Assembly (NCBI GenBank): GCA_963514005.1
Contig: OY740797.1
Location: forward strand, 18,786,001 to 18,850,000
Direction of reading: 5' to 3'
From: Raja brachyura
Lineage: Eukaryota
DNA length: 64,000 nt
Shown here: one piece after another, positions 61,011 through 64,000 of the stretch
Layout: each line of letters opens with the position of its first letter
How positions within the stretch are numbered: the first letter of the stretch is position 1
Notes under the pieces: generated by a model
Told to the model about the DNA's origin: nothing
Databases searched by the model: none
The model's input: only the letters and a program-made list of their open reading frames with translations
Translations under genes and position numbers: made by a program

Positions 61011-61151
61011 GGCACCACGGACCTGGAGAAACACTTAGAGATCCTGGTCCTGGAGAATGATCGACTGAAGCAGGAACTGAACAGCAGCCAGCTCCGGTTC
61101 CAGCAGCTCCGGGCCTCCATCCCCACCTGCACAGACTGTGAGCACAGCAAG
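61011..61151 (+). CDS. KIFC3: KIFC3 coiled-coil exon: GTTDLEKHLEILVLENDRLKQEL...CTDCEHSK
   Basis: tcgccag|GGC and AAG|gtaaga. Matches human GGTDLEKHRDLLMVENERLRQEM..CPGCEHSQ. KIFC3 is the downstream same-strand neighbour of CNGB1 in human. Confidence 0.9.
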
Positions 61152-61714
61152 GTAAGAGCAGATCTGGATCACTACAGCAGGGCATGTCACGTCACACAGC
61201 ACCTCTCAGCCATGGAGCACGAGGCCAGTGGTGTAACGGGGAATGTGGCAGCAGGTTTGCACGCACAGAGGATCCAGGACCACACTGATATTGACCTGAA
61301 GAATGCCAGCTTTAATATGTTGGTTCAGGGAGAATTCTTGGCCAGGACGCTGGGAGAGAAAACTCTAGATCCCTTCATTAATTCTATGAGGTGGTTTTCA
61401 CCGAGCTGAGAGAAGAAGGTGGGACTGAAAGTCAACCTTGAAGAGCACAGCACTCCCGTGGTAGTTAGCACCTGGAATGGTGCTTAAACACATAACCACT
61501 GAACTCAACGTGTAGGTGCCATTTACTAAGCCACAGCTAATGAATTGGGAATCGGGGAAAGTGCTGGCTTTCTCTTTAGGTTTAGCTTACAGTGTCCGGT
61601 GCAGAAACTTTGTTTGTAGCTGAAGTGTGTAAGTGGAGCTACTGTATGCAACAGGATTATCTGTTGTCATTTATCCTGGGTGCTGGGCCTAGCCAGAATT
61701 GGTGCTCAGTAAAA

Positions 61715-61885
61715 ATAAATAACTGCAGATGCTGGTTACAAAAGCAAACACAAAGTGCCTTGAGTAACTCAGCGTGTCAAGCAGCATCTCCGGAGAACAT
61801 GTATAGGTGATGTTTCGGGTTGGTTCCATTTCCTCCAGAGATGCTGCCTGACCCGTTGAGTTATTCCAGCCCTTTGTGTTTTCGT
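61715..61885. mobile_element. Fold-back Penelope derivative
   Basis: Reverse-strand terminus followed by + strand ctccagagatgctgcctgacccg.tgagtta.tccagc. Confidence 0.7.
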
Positions 61886-62905
61886 TGGTGCTCTGTGCTT
61901 ATCCTAGACGTAAGGGAGGCGAGCTGTCTTTGTCCGGCACTGTGGTTATGATGCCTCGATGCTGTCAGGGTATGGCGAGGGGGCCGGAAAAACCTTGCCT
62001 GCTCGGGGATCCATTCAGTGTATCAGCCCACAACTCGGCTTCACCACCTTGGAGAAGCATGTTGGCTTTGTCCTGGGAGGAGGAGGAGGTGGGAGAGTTG
62101 CACAAGAGCTCGGGTTGTATTGTCAGGTGCACTCCTCCTTGGGAAGGTCTCTGTGTCTGATCAGTGCTGGAGACGGGCAGGAGCTGATGAGGTGCATGTC
62201 AGGTTGATATTGTTGTGGCTGAATCTCTGTATCAGCTCTACCACCTCCCCCCTCCCCCGCTTCCTTTTACCCAAATTCCGTGGTGACCTCGAACTGCTGC
62301 AAATCCACAGCCCTCGGCGGCAGATAATTCAAGAAATTAAGAACAAATTCATCTTCGCCTCATTCTCAAATGGCTTGCTGCTACTGTAACCCCTCACCAA
62401 TATCAGGGACACACCCTCATTATCTACTAACAAGCCTTCTCGAGAATTGCCTTATATGAACAAAAGAGGCCCTAAACCCTTTGAGTAAAGAGGTTTTTTA
62501 TAAACTGACTTAATCTAGCTTTGTGGTGATTAGTTAAATATAAATTAAACAAAAGCATAGATAAAGATGTGGGTTATGGGCAGAGAATAGTAAAACATTA
62601 ATCCAAGACTTGGCACTTGCACCCAGGTAAAATATGGCAAATATTCTCCCACGCTTCATCCACTCAATGAGCTGACAAGCTATTGCTTCTGCCCCAATCA
62701 TTCTGGTTGTCAGTAACTATTGGAACTACTGGGGAGGTGCAGTGTGTGTGGCTGATGTTTTAAACATACACAAGCTCAGAATATGCCTTATATCTATCAG
62801 AACCCGAGGAGCTTAGGAATCGAACCTACATGTTAGAGAGATTGATCAGGTTAGCAATTTGTCTGTGGTGCTGCGTGTTAAATGTGTTCTCATTCCCTGT
62901 CACAG

Positions 62906-63097
62906 GAAAATTCTCGGTTACGAGAACAAACGTCCGTCTTGCGGTTGGAGCTGGAGGAAAAGACAAGACTGCTATCGGAGCTGGAACAGCACCTCAAAGA
63001 TGTCCATCAGGACAGAACTGAGAGGGAAGAGAGGCTGAATAAACGCATCAGGGACTGTCATCTCGCCCTGGCCAAACACCCCACACCTGGAATGAAG
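62906..63097 (+). CDS. KIFC3: KIFC3 coiled-coil exon: ENSRLREQTSVLRLELEEK...EERLNKRIRDCH...GMK
   Basis: gtcacag|GAA and AAG|gtaaaa. Resembles human ESAQLRDKLSQLQLE..EEERLSRRLRDSH. Confidence 0.87.
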
Positions 63098-63239
63098 GTA
63101 AAAAGGTGGCATTTCTAACCAGCGCATCATTGATGCACGGATACTGGGTGGGGTGGGCTTTACTTCACACGTCTGGATATAGAATGGTTAAAGATATATA
63201 TTGTAGATTATAATAAGAAAACAACAATGTACGGGTATG

Positions 63240-63626
63240 CCTCAACTCGCATTCACCTTGCGTATTCCTCTCATGATTTTATACACCTCGATAACATTAC
63301 CCTTTGCCTCCTACACTCCAAGGAATAAAGCCCTAGACTAAACATCTCCTAGCTCAGGCCCTTGAGTTCTGCCAACATCCTCGTAAATCTTTTCTGCACT
63401 CTTTCCAGCTGGACGACATATTTTCTATAGCACAGTGACCAAAACTGAATCCATATGCCAAATTCGGCCTTGCCAACGTGTTTCACAACTCTAACATAAC
63501 ATCCCAACTTCTGTTCTCAATAATCTGACTGATGTTGGCCAATGTACCGAAAGCCTTCTTGGCCACCCTATTTTCATGTTGTGCCACTTTCAGGGAATGA
63601 TGTCCTTGCACTCCTAGATCCCTCTG
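63240..63626 (-). mobile_element. CR1 fragment
   Basis: RDLGVQGHHSLKVAQH..KKAFGTLANISQIIENRSWDVMLEL. Confidence 0.85.
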
Positions 63627-64000
63627 CAGGGGCGGATTTAGATGAAGAGAGGACCTAGGCTGTTCCACTTGTGAGGCCCCTCCCAATCCCCCACCCTCAC
63701 GACTAGAGAAGATGGTCCACCAGATTGACGCCGATTTGTAGCCGAGTGTGGCCAATGAGACAAGGGGCTGAAAAATTGAGCTTTTATTTATTTATTTATT
63801 GACAATGCTATTGTCGAGTTATCGGCTTAAAACTATTATTATGAAATGGAGGGCAAGGAAAATTACTGAAGGGTTGTTTAGAGACTACATTGCGTTGTGA
63901 CAGCATATGTAAGGAAGGACTATGACGGTGTTAAAAATATTATACACCTTGCAGGGCTCTCACTTAACTTTTTTTCTCTGTTGTCAGCCGGGCAACCTTG
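63627..64000. mobile_element. Left end of a probable hAT-type element inserted in CR1 (runs off the window)
   Basis: The CR1 sequence stops abruptly at caggggcggattta, a hAT-like terminus. The other TIR/TSD is not visible. Confidence 0.5.

Noticed and set aside
61152-61409. C-terminal extension of the 152-aa ORF
   Set aside because: Homology ends at the consensus donor AAG|gtaaga. The rest is intron read-through.
61876-62389. Three overlapping + strand ORFs between KIFC3 exons
   Set aside because: No coiled-coil or kinesin character, and exons 61011 and 62906 join directly as in human.

Overview
Eukaryotic (vertebrate) genomic DNA, most likely a cartilaginous fish (skate/ray-like; inferred only from the repeat landscape of HE1/V-SINEs, DeuSINE-like SINEs, CR1 and Penelope elements). 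The + strand carries the 3' part of CNGB1 (cyclic-nucleotide-gated channel beta-1). I traced 17 phase-compatible GT-AG coding exons from 228 to the stop at 34424, followed by a ~1.5 kb 3'UTR. Downstream, in the same orientation as in the human locus, is the 5' part of KIFC3: a CpG-rich putative first exon at ~37.5 kb and coiled-coil exons at 60.1-63.1 kb, with the motor domain outside the window. Introns are full of mobile DNA: CR1 LINEs, Penelope-like elements (RT + GIY-YIG) whose termini carry a minimal hammerhead-ribozyme motif, tiny fold-back Penelope derivatives with ~14-bp target duplications, two complete hAT-type non-autonomous transposons with 8-bp TSDs, a Harbinger-type MITE and SINEs. 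The most notable observations are: (1) the hammerhead-bearing Penelope family and its insertion footprints; (2) a candidate alternative first exon for a GARP-less CNGB1 isoform, with a 1-nt frame break in a C-run; (3) a hAT element sitting on the branch-point region of a KIFC3 exon that supplies promoter motifs, a ~460-nt hairpin and an in-frame splice donor; (4) an inverted Penelope pair bracketing seven CNGB1 exons; (5) Asp at the C-helix ligand-selectivity position. Comparisons to human proteins are from memory, not database searches, and repeat boundaries are approximate unless a TIR/TSD is quoted.
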